A DNA stretch of 64,000 nt from Bacteroidales bacterium. Lineage in GTDB: Bacteria > Bacteroidota > Bacteroidia > Bacteroidales > NBLH01. Below are positions 44,168 through 54,828 of this stretch, piece after piece. The position numbers were made by a program, and so were the translations under genes. The notes beneath the pieces were generated by a model that ran no database searches, had not been told where the DNA came from, and saw only the letters and a list, made by a program, of their open reading frames with translations. The stretch covers positions 1,128-65,127 of the forward strand of contig JBNKRJ010000032.1 of the NCBI GenBank assembly GCA_050296515.1, in the 5' to 3' direction. Positions within the stretch are counted from its first letter, which is position 1, and each line of letters starts with the position of its first letter.

Positions 44168-46588
44168 ATGAACAAATTTTCGAAACTAAAAATTGAACTT
44201 AGTAAAGAAGAAATATTAAAAGATTATTCAATAGCATTATTAAGCAGAAACCTGAGTTTATTAGGAAGAAAAGAAGTACTATCAGGTAAAGGGAAATTTG
44301 GCATATTTGGTGATGGAAAAGAAGTTGCCCAGTTAGCTATGGCAAAAACTTTTCAGAATGGTGATTTTCGATCCGGTTACTATCGGGATCAAACCTTTAT
44401 GATGGCTGCTGGAATTTTCAATGCAGAGGAATTTTTTGCTCAAATATATGGTGATACTGATTTAAAAGTAAATCCTGCGCACGGTGGAAGGTTAATGAAT
44501 AACCATTTCGCTACAAGAAGTTTGAATGAAGATGGTAGCTGGAGAAGAATTAGTGAACAGAAAAACTCATCTGCCGACATCTCTCCTACTGCTGGTCAAA
44601 TGCCTCGTTTATTAGGATTGGCTTACGCCTCAAAACTTTACAAAAACAATAAAGAACTACATAAATTTACTGAATTTAGCAACAAGGGGAACGAAGTGGC
44701 TTTTGGCACTATTGGAGATGCCAGTACATCAGAAGGACATTTTTTTGAGACTCTTAATGCAGCAGGTGTTTTACAAGTTCCGTTTGCCATATCTGTTTGG
44801 GATGACGGCTATGGAATTTCAGTTGAAAAAAAATACCAAACTACGAAACAAAGTATTTCAGAACTTTTAAAGGGATTTGAAAAAAACGAGAATGATGGCT
44901 TCATTATATACAAAGCCAAAGGATGGGATTATCCGGGATTAGTTAATACCTATTATGAAGGTATAAAAGTTTGCCGCGAAGAACATATTCCTGTTCTATT
45001 CCACATTGAAGAAATGACCCAGCCTCAGGGACATTCGTCTTCAGGTTCTCACGAAAGATATAAAAGCGAAGAAAGGCTTGCATGGGAAAAAGAATTTGAT
45101 CCAATTACTAAAATGAGAGAATGGATCATTGAGGAAAAAATTGCATCTGCTGAAGTGCTTGACAAAATGGAGCAGCAAGCAAAGGAACTTGCAAATGAGA
45201 CAAAAAAGAAAGCCTGGCAGCATTTCACCAAACCACTCAAAGCAGAAAGAGATGAATTGGCAAAGCTAATTGAAACGAAAACTTGCGTTTGCCATCAAAC
45301 TAATGACCTGAAAATTAAGGAACTTAAAAACTCTTTAAAAAAGGAGTTGAACCCGATTAAAAAGACCAACATTAGCACAGCCAGGAAAATATTGCGAGAA
45401 ATTTGTCAGTCTTGTGCTAAAACTGATGGGTTAAAATACAAACTAAATGACTGGCTAAAGAAAAAGCTGGAAGAAAATCGAAAACTTTATAGTGATAGTT
45501 TATACAATGATTCAGATGAAGCAGTAGTTCATCAAAAATCAGTAAAAGAAACTTACCCAGACAAACCAGTTTTAGTTAACGGACGAGAAATACTTCGGGA
45601 TAATTTTGATGCTCTATTTGCCAAACATCCACTTTTAGTAACTTTTGGTGAAGACACTGGTGGTATAGGTGGTGTAAACCAGAGTCTTGAAGGCCTGCAG
45701 AAAAAGTATGGCAAGCTTCGAGTTTCAGACACAGGAATTAGGGAGATTACAATTATTGGACAGGCTATAGGACTGGCACTTAGAGGAATTAGACCTATTG
45801 CCGAAATCCAGTATTTCGATTACCTTCTGTACGCATTGCAAACTATGAGTGATGACCTGGCCACTGTGTCGTACCGGACCAGACGTGGACAAAAGGCGCC
45901 TGTAATTATCAGAACCCGAGGACACCGATTGGAAGGTGTTTGGCATTCAGGCTCTCCATTAAGCATGGTAATCAATTCAATAAGAGGAGTTTACGTGTGT
46001 GTTCCAAGAAATATGACCAAAGCAGCTGCATTTTACAATCTGTTGCTTGATGGAGACGACCCTGCCTTGGTTATTGAACCATTAAATGGCTACCGACTAA
46101 AAGAAAAAAGACCTCAGAACATGGGCGAATTCAAACAGGAACTTGGGATTCCTGAAATTCTTTCGGAAGGAACAGATGTTACACTTGTTACTTATGGAGC
46201 ATGTGTTCGTATTGCGCAGGATGCGGTTGAGCAATTGAAAGAATTTAATATTTCTGTTGAATTAATTGATGTGCAAACCTTATTGCCCTTTGATAAATAC
46301 CATGTAATTGGAAAATCGATTCAAAAAACTGGAAAAGTACTGTTCTTTGATGAAGATGTGCCTGGTGGGGCAACAGCCTTTATGATGCAGAAAGTTCTGG
46401 AGGAACAAAAGGCCTTTTTTCATCTGGATGCACCGCCAAAAACATTGTCGGCTAAAGATCACAGACCTGCGTATGCAACGGATGGAGATTATTTCTCAAA
46501 CCCAAATGCAGAAGATGTTTTTGATAGTATTTATGCCCTGATGAATGAGACAAATCCAATCAAATACCCATCAATTTACTTAGACTAA
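44168..46588 (+). CDS. Fused alpha/beta 2-oxoacid dehydrogenase E1 component (TPP-dependent)
   Basis: The N-terminal half resembles E1-alpha (GDASTSEG, YGISV). The C-terminal half resembles E1-beta/transketolase-like domains (VSDTGIREITIIGQAIGLA, PIAEIQYFDYL). Confidence 0.9.
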   Translation: MNKFSKLKIELSKEEILKDYSIALLSRNLSLLGRKEVLSGKGKFGIFGDGKEVAQLAMAKTFQNGDFRSGYYRDQTFMMAAGIFNAEEFFAQIYGDTDLKVNPAHGGRLMNNHFATRSLNEDGSWRRISEQKNSSADISPTAGQMPRLLGLAYASKLYKNNKELHKFTEFSNKGNEVAFGTIGDASTSEGHFFETLNAAGVLQVPFAISVWDDGYGISVEKKYQTTKQSISELLKGFEKNENDGFIIYKAKGWDYPGLVNTYYEGIKVCREEHIPVLFHIEEMTQPQGHSSSGSHERYKSEERLAWEKEFDPITKMREWIIEEKIASAEVLDKMEQQAKELANETKKKAWQHFTKPLKAERDELAKLIETKTCVCHQTNDLKIKELKNSLKKELNPIKKTNISTARKILREICQSCAKTDGLKYKLNDWLKKKLEENRKLYSDSLYNDSDEAVVHQKSVKETYPDKPVLVNGREILRDNFDALFAKHPLLVTFGEDTGGIGGVNQSLEGLQKKYGKLRVSDTGIREITIIGQAIGLALRGIRPIAEIQYFDYLLYALQTMSDDLATVSYRTRRGQKAPVIIRTRGHRLEGVWHSGSPLSMVINSIRGVYVCVPRNMTKAAAFYNLLLDGDDPALVIEPLNGYRLKEKRPQNMGEFKQELGIPEILSEGTDVTLVTYGACVRIAQDAVEQLKEFNISVELIDVQTLLPFDKYHVIGKSIQKTGKVLFFDEDVPGGATAFMMQKVLEEQKAFFHLDAPPKTLSAKDHRPAYATDGDYFSNPNAEDVFDSIYALMNETNPIKYPSIYLD

Positions 46589-46603
46589 AATCCAGGTAAG
46601 TCT

Positions 46604-47728
46604 TTAATTTGATCTAGTCTTAAATCCTGATATAGTGCCAATTAACCTATCGGATGAAGCATTCAATTCGTTGGCTTTGTGATTGATCTTGTCCATTTCA
46701 GCACTGTTGCTTTGTACCATTTTATTCAATGCCTGAATAGCATAATTTATTTGCTGAACACTGGAATTTTGTTCCACACTTGCCGACGAGATTTCTTTGA
46801 TCAAATCTGCTGTTAAGCTTGCTTCCTGCGCTATTTCATGAAGCTGTGTACCAGAATTTTTTGACATGGAAAGCACTTTATTTGAAACTGCTTCTACCTG
46901 ACGGGCAGCTGAATTACTTGATTCAGCAAGTTTACGAACTTCCGAAGCCACCACAGCAAATCCTCTACCTGCATCACCAGCCCTGGAAGCCTCTACAGCT
47001 GCATTCAAAGCCAAAATATTGGTCTGAAACGCTATATCGTTGATCATTTTCACCTTTTCAGCTACCTCGCTCATCGCTTCTATTGACAGTAAAGTAGACC
47101 GATTCCCCTCTTTAATCGCCTGAATTGTTTTTAGTGAAATGCTTTCTGTACGCTGCGAGTTTTCAGTATTTTGTTGTATTGCTGCTGCAATTTCTTCCAT
47201 AGTTGCCGAAATTTCTTCAATAGAAGACGACTGCGATGAAGTATTATTTATTAATGATTGCATTATATTATTCAGTTCGCGGCTGATACGGTTCATATCA
47301 TTTGAATTCTCCTTCACATCACCAATCATTCTGTTTAGGTTTAATGCAAGCGTATTAATTGAGTTCGCCATTATTCCTACCTCGTCGCGCCTGTTTGAAT
47401 ACCTGTCAGTTATTTTTATATTAATTTCTCCTTTAGTAAGTTTTAATAAATCCCTAATCATCTCACCAAGAGGCTCTTTCACTCTTCTTGATGCAATGTA
47501 AATACCTATACCAACTCCTAAAATACCAACTGGAAGGGCGATTGCCTGTGGATAAAAATCAAACTGAATTCTTGCAGAATTATTAATGGAGGCAAAAAAA
47601 GAAGTGATTATCCATATGATACTTATTTCGCGAAATACAGAGTTTTTAAACAATAGACGCATTAACAAAATAGCCACCGGGATTCCAACCACCAGCATAA
47701 TTAAAACAGACTTCAAAAATGGGCTCAT
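46604..47728 (-). CDS. Methyl-accepting chemotaxis protein (3 TM, no periplasmic domain, HAMP, MA domain)
   Basis: Highly conserved signalling hairpin [41 protein letters not shown]. Confidence 0.9.
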   Translation of the reverse strand: MSPFLKSVLIMLVVGIPVAILLMRLLFKNSVFREISIIWIITSFFASINNSARIQFDFYPQAIALPVGILGVGIGIYIASRRVKEPLGEMIRDLLKLTKGEINIKITDRYSNRRDEVGIMANSINTLALNLNRMIGDVKENSNDMNRISRELNNIMQSLINNTSSQSSSIEEISATMEEIAAAIQQNTENSQRTESISLKTIQAIKEGNRSTLLSIEAMSEVAEKVKMINDIAFQTNILALNAAVEASRAGDAGRGFAVVASEVRKLAESSNSAARQVEAVSNKVLSMSKNSGTQLHEIAQEASLTADLIKEISSASVEQNSSVQQINYAIQALNKMVQSNSAEMDKINHKANELNASSDRLIGTISGFKTRSN

Positions 47729-47958
47729 GAATATAAAATTTTACTACACAAAACAAATAAGGTAATTAAATTTACTAAAAATTGTTCAGTATTGTTTGGC
47801 TGAGGTTTAATTTGTTCCCAAAATAAGAAAAAAATGTAAATCCACGAAAAACTCACAGAATATGCCGTACCCGATAAATTCCTTAAGATAGGAGTGTAAT
47901 TAATTCTCAGATACTTAGCTAACAATATTTTCTTCATGAAGATTTTTCATGAAAAAAC

Positions 47959-49083
47959 TCAATTACGTCGAAGCTTAAAAACAGCAACCTCTTGATTCAA
48001 TTTTTTAGCTGAATCAGATAAAATTGCAGCTTTTGCATTAATTTTTTCAGTTTCGGAAGTATTGTTTTGAATCATTCTATTCAACACCTGGATAGAATCA
48101 TTAATCTGCTGAATATTTGTATTTTGATCGATACTAGCCGATGAAATCTCTTTAATTAATTCAGCTGTTTCATTTGTTTCGTCAATGATGCTGTGTAACT
48201 TACTTCCTGCTGATTCCGAAATCTTAAATACCTTTTCTGTAACTCCAACAATTTCTCTGGCAGCATCATTACTTCTTTCTGCCAGTTTTTTTACTTCATT
48301 GGCAACAACTGCAAATCCTTTTCCTGCATCACCTGCGTGTGAAGCTTCAACAGCAGCATTCAATGCCAAAATATTTGTTTGAAAAGCAATATCGTTGATT
48401 ATCTGAACCTTATCAGCAACCTCTCTCATTGCAGCAACTGACTCCTCTGTCGATTTATTACCTTCCTTAATAGCCTCAATAGTTTTAAGTGTACTTGAGT
48501 TAGTTTTTTGTGATGCACTGGAGTTCATTTCAACAATCGAAGCAATTTCTTCCATAGTTGAAGAAATCTCTTCAATAGAAGAAGCCTGTGTAGAGGTATT
48601 TTCAGCCATTTGGTTCATAATTCTACTCAAATCGTCACTCACCATCATTAAATTACGCGAATTAACCTTTATATTCCCTAAAACCCGGTTTAGGTTTAAT
48701 GAAATTGAATTAATAGATTCAGCCAGAAACCCAAACTCATCAGATCGACCAGCATATTTATTTGTTATTTCAATATCAATATCACCCTCTGAAAACTTCT
48801 TTAAATCACTCATCATATCTTTCAAGGGATTTCTAATCATACGGGAAGAGATGTATATCGCAATTGCCATAATTAAAGTGGTCATTGGAAAAGAAAGCCA
48901 GGCTGTCCATGCTTCAAATTCTATTCTTGCCGTATAATTAATGGTTGCAAGAATAAGGCTGAATACCCATATTACACTGATTTTTCCAAATACAGAATTT
49001 TTAAATAATATTTTGATTAATAACCAGGAAACAGGGATAGCAAATAAAATCTGTGAAATTGAAGATTTGATAAAAAACTCCAT
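47959..49083 (-). CDS. Methyl-accepting chemotaxis protein, tandem paralog
   Basis: Same architecture; [41 protein letters not shown]. The start is taken at MEFFIKSS, colinear with the paralog; the 30-aa extension from 49173 is unsupported. Confidence 0.9.
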   Translation of the reverse strand: MEFFIKSSISQILFAIPVSWLLIKILFKNSVFGKISVIWVFSLILATINYTARIEFEAWTAWLSFPMTTLIMAIAIYISSRMIRNPLKDMMSDLKKFSEGDIDIEITNKYAGRSDEFGFLAESINSISLNLNRVLGNIKVNSRNLMMVSDDLSRIMNQMAENTSTQASSIEEISSTMEEIASIVEMNSSASQKTNSSTLKTIEAIKEGNKSTEESVAAMREVADKVQIINDIAFQTNILALNAAVEASHAGDAGKGFAVVANEVKKLAERSNDAAREIVGVTEKVFKISESAGSKLHSIIDETNETAELIKEISSASIDQNTNIQQINDSIQVLNRMIQNNTSETEKINAKAAILSDSAKKLNQEVAVFKLRRN

Positions 49084-49278
49084 AGGTAAGGATTTATAAT
49101 TAATATCTATAATAGGGATCGAACAAAATATATCTAAATTTAGAAAAAAATCCTGTATTCTGAATTTTCTCATTTAAATAATTTTGTAATCCTTCTTACA
49201 AAATATTTGATCATAGGATTAAACTTGTAAAAATCAATTCAGTTTTGCTAATTTTGCTGCCTGATTCAAAATAATGAG

Positions 49279-51738
49279 ATGATTTTTCCGGAAAATTTCG
49301 AAGAAAAAATAGGATTTGATAAGATAAGGAACCACCTTAAAAACTATTGTTTAAGCTCGCTTGGTAAAGACAAGGTAGATGCACTACGATTTTTGAAATC
49401 TTTCAATCGAATAAAAACAGAACTGGGTCTAACCAATGAGTTTAAAACTGTTATTGAGGAAGAAGAGAGCTTTCCTATTCAGCATTTCTTTGATGTAAGA
49501 GAATCCTTAAAGCATTTAAAAATTGAAGGTACTTCAATTGAGACGGAAAAACTATTTGATATGAAAAGATCGCTTGAAGAAATCAAAGCGATTACAACCT
49601 TTCTGGCCAAAGCTGATGAAGAGAAATACCCTCACCTTAAAATGTTGGCTGGTCACGTTCCTGTTTTCCCTTTTGTTTTGGACGGAATTACGCGCATTAT
49701 TGATAAAAATGGCGTCATAAAAGATAGTGCCTCCACTGAACTTCAAAATATTAGGCGAAGTTTACAAAGTAAGCTTTCAGGAGCTTCAAAAGTAATGCAC
49801 AATATCCTGCAAAAGGCTAAGAACGAAAACATTATAGAAGCTGACACCCAGCTCACCATTAGGGATGGGAAGATGCTTATTCCTGTTGCTGCTGCAAATA
49901 AAAGAAAAATCAAAGGGTATGTAGCTGATGAGTCAGCTACAGGAAAAACCTCATTCATTGAGCCCGTTGAGATAATTGAATTAAACAACGAAATCAGGGA
50001 GCTTGAATTTGCAGAAAGACGCGAAATTTTAAAGATTTTACTTGATTTTAGCAATGGTATTCGGCCCTATATTGATGATTTGCTTCAGGGGTATGATTTT
50101 TTGGCTGAGGTTGACTTTATAAGAGCAAAAGCTCTTTTCGCGGTTAAAATAGAAGCAACCCACCCTATTCTGAGAGGAAAAAGTGGTTTTAATATAAAAA
50201 ACGCGAAACACCCCCTTTTATATCTGGCTTTTGAGAAGGAAGGAAAAAAAGTTGTGCCTTTGGATATTTCATTATCGCCAAACCAGCGAGTCATCCTAAT
50301 TTCAGGGCCTAACGCTGGAGGAAAATCTGTTTGTCTAAAAACAGTAGGCTTACTTCAGTATATGTTGCAATGTGGGCTGTTAGTACCTGTAAGTGAAGAC
50401 TCTACAATGGGATTGTTTCAATCATTATTTATTGACATAGGCGATGAACAATCCCTTGAAGACGACCTGAGCACATACAGCTCGCATTTAAAAAACATGC
50501 AGAAGCTAATTGAAACAGCAGATGAGATGAGCCTGGTTTTGATTGACGAATTTGGCTCAGGAACAGAACCTATTGTTGGAGGGGCCATTGCTGAAGCCAT
50601 GCTTGAAGAATTTGTAAAATTGGACATTTATGGAGTTATCACAACCCATTATGGTAATTTAAAGCATTTTGCAAGTTCTGCAAAAAATATGGTAAACGGG
50701 GCCATGTTGTTTGATAACCACAAAATGAAACCATTGTATGAGCTCGAAATTGGAAGACCTGGAAGCTCTTTTGCCTTTGAAATTGCAAAGAAAATAGGAC
50801 TGCCAACAAGTCTTCTGCAATCAGCTGAAGATAAGGTTGGAAAGGAACATGTTGATTTCGACAAGCATCTTCAGGAGATAGAACGGGAAAGAAGGCGATT
50901 ACAAAATTTGAACAAAAAACTGAGTCAGAAAGAGACTCATCTTGAAAACGTATTGAAAAAATACGAAGAAGAAACAAAGCTGACAGCTCAACGCAGAAAA
51001 GAAATTATATCCGAAGCTAAACAAACTGCTGAAAATATCCTTTCAGGTGTGAATAAAACCATCGAAAAATCTATATACGAAATAAGAAAAGCTAAAGCAG
51101 AAAAAGAAAAAACCAAAGAGGTACGAAAAAGCCTTGAACAATTAAAAGAAGAAACGACCAATCGTTTTAAACAAGAAGGAAAATACCTTTCGAAGAAAGT
51201 TGAAAATATAGAACGGAAAAAACGTTCGAAAAAAGAAGAAGTCGAAGAAAAAGAAGAACTGAGTCTGGAAATTTCGGTTGGCGACAAAGTAAAGCTGAAA
51301 GACACAGGAGGCCTGGGTGAAATAATGGAACTAAAAGATAATAAAGCACTTATATCTTTAGGCAACATGCAAATGTATCTTGATAAGTCTCAGATTGAAA
51401 AAATTAGTTCGAAACAATTCAAAAAGCAAGCAAAATCACTTGCCTCCGAACCAAATAAAATCAGTTGGGACGTAAGCAAAGTGAAAAACAAGTTTTCTTA
51501 CGGACTGGATATTAGAGGTAAACGAGCAGACGAAGCCCTTCAAATGGTCACTAATTACATTGATGAATGTATTATGGTGGAAGCCAGCGAAGTAAAGATT
51601 CTGCATGGTAAAGGAAATGGGATTCTTCGCCAGTTAATTCGTGATTACCTGAAAACTGTGGATGTTATAAAATCAGCAAAGGATGAAAAAGTAGACCTTG
51701 GCGGAGCGGGTATTACTGTTGTGAAATTTTCATATTAA
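49279..51738 (+). CDS. mutS2: Endonuclease MutS2 (MutS domain V ATPase + C-terminal Smr)
   Basis: Walker A GPNAGGKS, LIDEFGSGTEP, a long Lys/Glu coiled coil, and the Smr domain LDIRGKRADEAL...ILHGKGNGILR. Confidence 0.93.
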   Translation: MIFPENFEEKIGFDKIRNHLKNYCLSSLGKDKVDALRFLKSFNRIKTELGLTNEFKTVIEEEESFPIQHFFDVRESLKHLKIEGTSIETEKLFDMKRSLEEIKAITTFLAKADEEKYPHLKMLAGHVPVFPFVLDGITRIIDKNGVIKDSASTELQNIRRSLQSKLSGASKVMHNILQKAKNENIIEADTQLTIRDGKMLIPVAAANKRKIKGYVADESATGKTSFIEPVEIIELNNEIRELEFAERREILKILLDFSNGIRPYIDDLLQGYDFLAEVDFIRAKALFAVKIEATHPILRGKSGFNIKNAKHPLLYLAFEKEGKKVVPLDISLSPNQRVILISGPNAGGKSVCLKTVGLLQYMLQCGLLVPVSEDSTMGLFQSLFIDIGDEQSLEDDLSTYSSHLKNMQKLIETADEMSLVLIDEFGSGTEPIVGGAIAEAMLEEFVKLDIYGVITTHYGNLKHFASSAKNMVNGAMLFDNHKMKPLYELEIGRPGSSFAFEIAKKIGLPTSLLQSAEDKVGKEHVDFDKHLQEIERERRRLQNLNKKLSQKETHLENVLKKYEEETKLTAQRRKEIISEAKQTAENILSGVNKTIEKSIYEIRKAKAEKEKTKEVRKSLEQLKEETTNRFKQEGKYLSKKVENIERKKRSKKEEVEEKEELSLEISVGDKVKLKDTGGLGEIMELKDNKALISLGNMQMYLDKSQIEKISSKQFKKQAKSLASEPNKISWDVSKVKNKFSYGLDIRGKRADEALQMVTNYIDECIMVEASEVKILHGKGNGILRQLIRDYLKTVDVIKSAKDEKVDLGGAGITVVKFSY

Positions 51739-51865
51739 AACTGCAATTAAAGACTGAGCTGTAAATTACATACTTTTTCTCCTGGTTTGACGTTTTATCA
51801 ATTACAAACAAAACCATACTATAGCTCAAGTTCCAGAGCTGAAAATAAATACTAAGTTAAAAACG

Positions 51866-52480
51866 ATGAGAAATAAGTTCATAAAATACACTCCTATCCT
51901 TTTAATTTTCCTCGTATATCAAAATGCGATTGCTCAAAATAGCTTTAGTATTAAAGCAAATACAGTTACTTACCAATTCACTGATACTCAACCAGAATTA
52001 GCGAACCTAAAATTATCAGGCGATGGTAAAATAGCATTAGAACCCGGTATTATATTGGCTTATGAAACGTATGCAACCAATAACGCTGCATTAAAGCTAT
52101 CACAAGCTGTTCTTCTTGATAAAGCAAGTCATTTGGCCGGGGCAACAAGCATCATGATAAAACTTAAGTTAGTAAAATCTTTTAAACACTCGGTTTACAT
52201 TTCCCTTGGTCCTACTTTTCATTTTCGAAAAAACTGGGCTGATATGGAAGGGTACATTGATGAACCTGTTTATAATTCAAATGAAGAGTGGCAACATAAA
52301 TTCAGCTGGTTAAGTGCTGAAATTGAGTACAATTTTTACTTGAATAAAATGACTGATTTAAGCATCTCATTAAATCACATTCAAGCCGAATCGATTGGAC
52401 TTGCAGTAGGTTTAAAATACTGGATAAATAAAAAGCCACGTGGTAAACGTGGCTGCATATCATGTCCTAGCTTTCACTAG
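51866..52480 (+). CDS. Putative outer-membrane beta-barrel protein, unknown function
   Basis: Signal peptide and alternating beta-strand-like pattern. The C-terminal KKPRGKRGCISCPSFH is atypical for a barrel. Confidence 0.4.
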   Translation: MRNKFIKYTPILLIFLVYQNAIAQNSFSIKANTVTYQFTDTQPELANLKLSGDGKIALEPGIILAYETYATNNAALKLSQAVLLDKASHLAGATSIMIKLKLVKSFKHSVYISLGPTFHFRKNWADMEGYIDEPVYNSNEEWQHKFSWLSAEIEYNFYLNKMTDLSISLNHIQAESIGLAVGLKYWINKKPRGKRGCISCPSFH

Positions 52481-52509
52481 TATTTTAAGACAAAATAATT
52501 TGGTAAATT

Positions 52510-52568
52510 AGCCATGTGACAACACCTGGCGGGTGCACTTGTCAGGTATTGTCACCTGACAAAATAAT
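52510..52568 (+). repeat. REP-like double-hairpin unit
   Basis: CCATGTGACAACACCTGG + GCACTTGTCAGGTATTGTCACCTGACAAAA, located between convergent genes. Confidence 0.8.
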
Positions 52569-52590
52569 CTTGGACAAGACACAAGTTTTC

Positions 52591-53565
52591 CTATTGATTT
52601 TCTTTAAACTTCTTTAAAGCTTCGTTTAGTTTAGGAACTACCTGGAAAGCATCTCCAATTATCCCATAATCAGCAGCTTCAAAGAAAGGAGCTTCAGGAT
52701 CGGTATTGATAGCCACCATTACTTTTGAGCCGTTTACTCCAGCTAAATGCTGTATTGCCCCTGAAATTCCAATCGCAATATAAAGATTTGGTGCCACAAC
52801 TTTTCCAGTTTGTCCAACATGCTCGTGATGAGGCCTCCACTCTAAATCAGCAACCGGACGAGAACAACATGTTCCAGCCCCCAGTATCCTGGCCATTTCT
52901 TCAACCATTCCCCAGTTTTCAGGTCCTTTTAAACCACGACCACCAGAAACTAAAATTTCAGCTTCAGTAATAAGTAACTGACCAGTAGCTTTTTCTACAC
53001 TTAACGGTTTTGCTGCAATATCGCTGTCTGCAATATCAACTGATAAACCTTCAATCTGAGCATCTTTAGCATTCTCTATAATTTTGAAAGAGTTGGTATT
53101 CAAAGTCAAAATTTGAACCTCAGCATCCAACTCATAATCTGCAAATGCTTTCCCTGAATAAACTCTTTTGCGAACCATGAAAGGTGCTGTTGAAGATGGC
53201 AAATCCATTACCCCTGCGGCTAGCCCGGCATCCAGTTTGACAGCTAATCGTGGCGAAATTGCCTTACCCGAAACATTATTCGAGAAAAGTACGACTTGTG
53301 CTCCAGTTTTTTCAACTGCAGTGGCCAATGCTTTTGTGTATGATTTTGCTGTAAAAACCGCTAGTTTTTCATCAGTTATTTTCAAAACCTTTGTAGCTCC
53401 GTAATTTCCAAGGCTTTTTAATTCATCATCAGCAACCTCCCCAATTGTCAACGCAATTAGTTCAGTATTCATCATTTTGGCAATTTCACTACCATATGAA
53501 AGTAATTCGTAGGTCGATTTTTTAAATTTGCCTTCCCAGTTTTCGGTATATACTAATATTGACAT
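52591..53565 (-). CDS. etfA: Electron transfer flavoprotein subunit alpha
   Basis: C-terminal FAD-binding motif YIAIGISGAIQHLAGV. Confidence 0.93.
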   Translation of the reverse strand: MSILVYTENWEGKFKKSTYELLSYGSEIAKMMNTELIALTIGEVADDELKSLGNYGATKVLKITDEKLAVFTAKSYTKALATAVEKTGAQVVLFSNNVSGKAISPRLAVKLDAGLAAGVMDLPSSTAPFMVRKRVYSGKAFADYELDAEVQILTLNTNSFKIIENAKDAQIEGLSVDIADSDIAAKPLSVEKATGQLLITEAEILVSGGRGLKGPENWGMVEEMARILGAGTCCSRPVADLEWRPHHEHVGQTGKVVAPNLYIAIGISGAIQHLAGVNGSKVMVAINTDPEAPFFEAADYGIIGDAFQVVPKLNEALKKFKENQ

Positions 53566-53597
53566 GTTTCCTTAGTTTTTTAATTAATAATTAATTG

Positions 53598-54341
53598 CTA
53601 AATAACTTTTGCTTCTTCGTGAAGTAATCTTACCAATTCTTCAACATTCTCAGCATCAACCATTTTACAGGCTGATTTTGCTTCAGGTAAGTGATATTTA
53701 ACAGCCTTCGTTTTAGCTTTTGCATCAGTTGCAGCAACCACATTTAATGGCTTTTTTCTTGCCATCATAATACCTCTCATACTAGGAATCCTTGGTTCAA
53801 TTGCAAACCCTTTTCCTGCAGTCGAAACAAATGGAAATTCCAGTTCCAACATCTCTTTTCCTCCATCAATTTCTCTTTCAAGTTTAGCTTTTCCACCTTC
53901 AATTTCGATGTAAGAAGTACTTGTAATAGACGGAACATCAAGAATTTCAGCAATCATTTCGCCCACTTGGGCTCCATTATAATCAATTGACTCTCTTCCT
54001 GTTACAATAAAATCATAACCACCTTGTTTATACACCTCTGCAATTTGTTTGGCAACAAAAATAGCATCAGTTGGTTCAGCGTCCACTCTGATTGCATCAT
54101 CAGCACCAACTGCCAAAGCTTTTCTAATGGTTGGCTCTGTTTCAACAAGACCAACATTAATTGCAGTAATTGTTAAATCGCCAATTTTTTCTTTAATTTC
54201 CAATAAGCGAGTAAGCGCTAATTCTTCATATGGGCCAATAATATACTGAATGTTTGATTTGTCAAACTCAGTGTTGTCGTTCGTAAACTTAATCTTAGAA
54301 GTGGTGTCGGGAACATGCCCGATACATAACAGTACTTTCAT
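53598..54341 (-). CDS. etfB: Electron transfer flavoprotein subunit beta
   Basis: MKVLLCIGHVPDTTSKI..., DFIVTGRESIDYNGAQVG. Confidence 0.93.
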   Translation of the reverse strand: MKVLLCIGHVPDTTSKIKFTNDNTEFDKSNIQYIIGPYEELALTRLLEIKEKIGDLTITAINVGLVETEPTIRKALAVGADDAIRVDAEPTDAIFVAKQIAEVYKQGGYDFIVTGRESIDYNGAQVGEMIAEILDVPSITSTSYIEIEGGKAKLEREIDGGKEMLELEFPFVSTAGKGFAIEPRIPSMRGIMMARKKPLNVVAATDAKAKTKAVKYHLPEAKSACKMVDAENVEELVRLLHEEAKVI

Positions 54342-54369
54342 TTGTCTTAGGTTTTTATATCAATTAAAT

Positions 54370-54413
54370 ATTATGCATACATAGCAAATGTATTATGCAA
54401 ACATAACAAATTT
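54370..54413 (-). promoter_or_regulatory. Tandem 22-bp duplication carrying two TAnnTTTG boxes upstream of etfB
   Basis: ATTATGCATACATAGCAAATGT / ATTATGCAAACATAACAAATTT (19/22). On the etfB strand these give TACATTTG (54385-54392) and TATGTTTG (54399-54406). Confidence 0.45.
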
Positions 54414-54828
54414 ACTAAAAAAAAACAAGTTCTAAATTTACTATTTAAATTACTGCTTAAATTTAGAAACTGCAAGTAAAAAATCATTAAACATTATCTC
54501 ATTCCACCTTAAAGTATTGATTATTACAAAAATAAGTCAAATCTCGTAATTTTTATTAAGGAAAATTTATAGTATTCTTAACATATTTTAAGATTTCGCA
54601 GGAAACAGCCTAAGATATTTTGGCGTATTTTTACTTTTCGAATTATTGGTAAATTCAATCTTTTGCATTTACAAGCTTTCTTAACTATTTAAATAGCGAT
54701 TTGATGCAAAAAACAATTAACGGTAAACATTTTGAAGGAAAGGGGGAATTCCTTTAAAATGACATTTATGAAATAATTCAATTTTGTGCTTTACGTTATA
54801 TTATAGCCAACAAATTAAACCAGACGAA

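Noticed and set aside
47725-47937. 70-aa ORF between the two MCP genes.
   Set aside because: It is hydrophobic and low-complexity, overlaps the MCP start by 4 nt on the same strand, and occupies what is more plausibly the promoter or leader of the downstream MCP.
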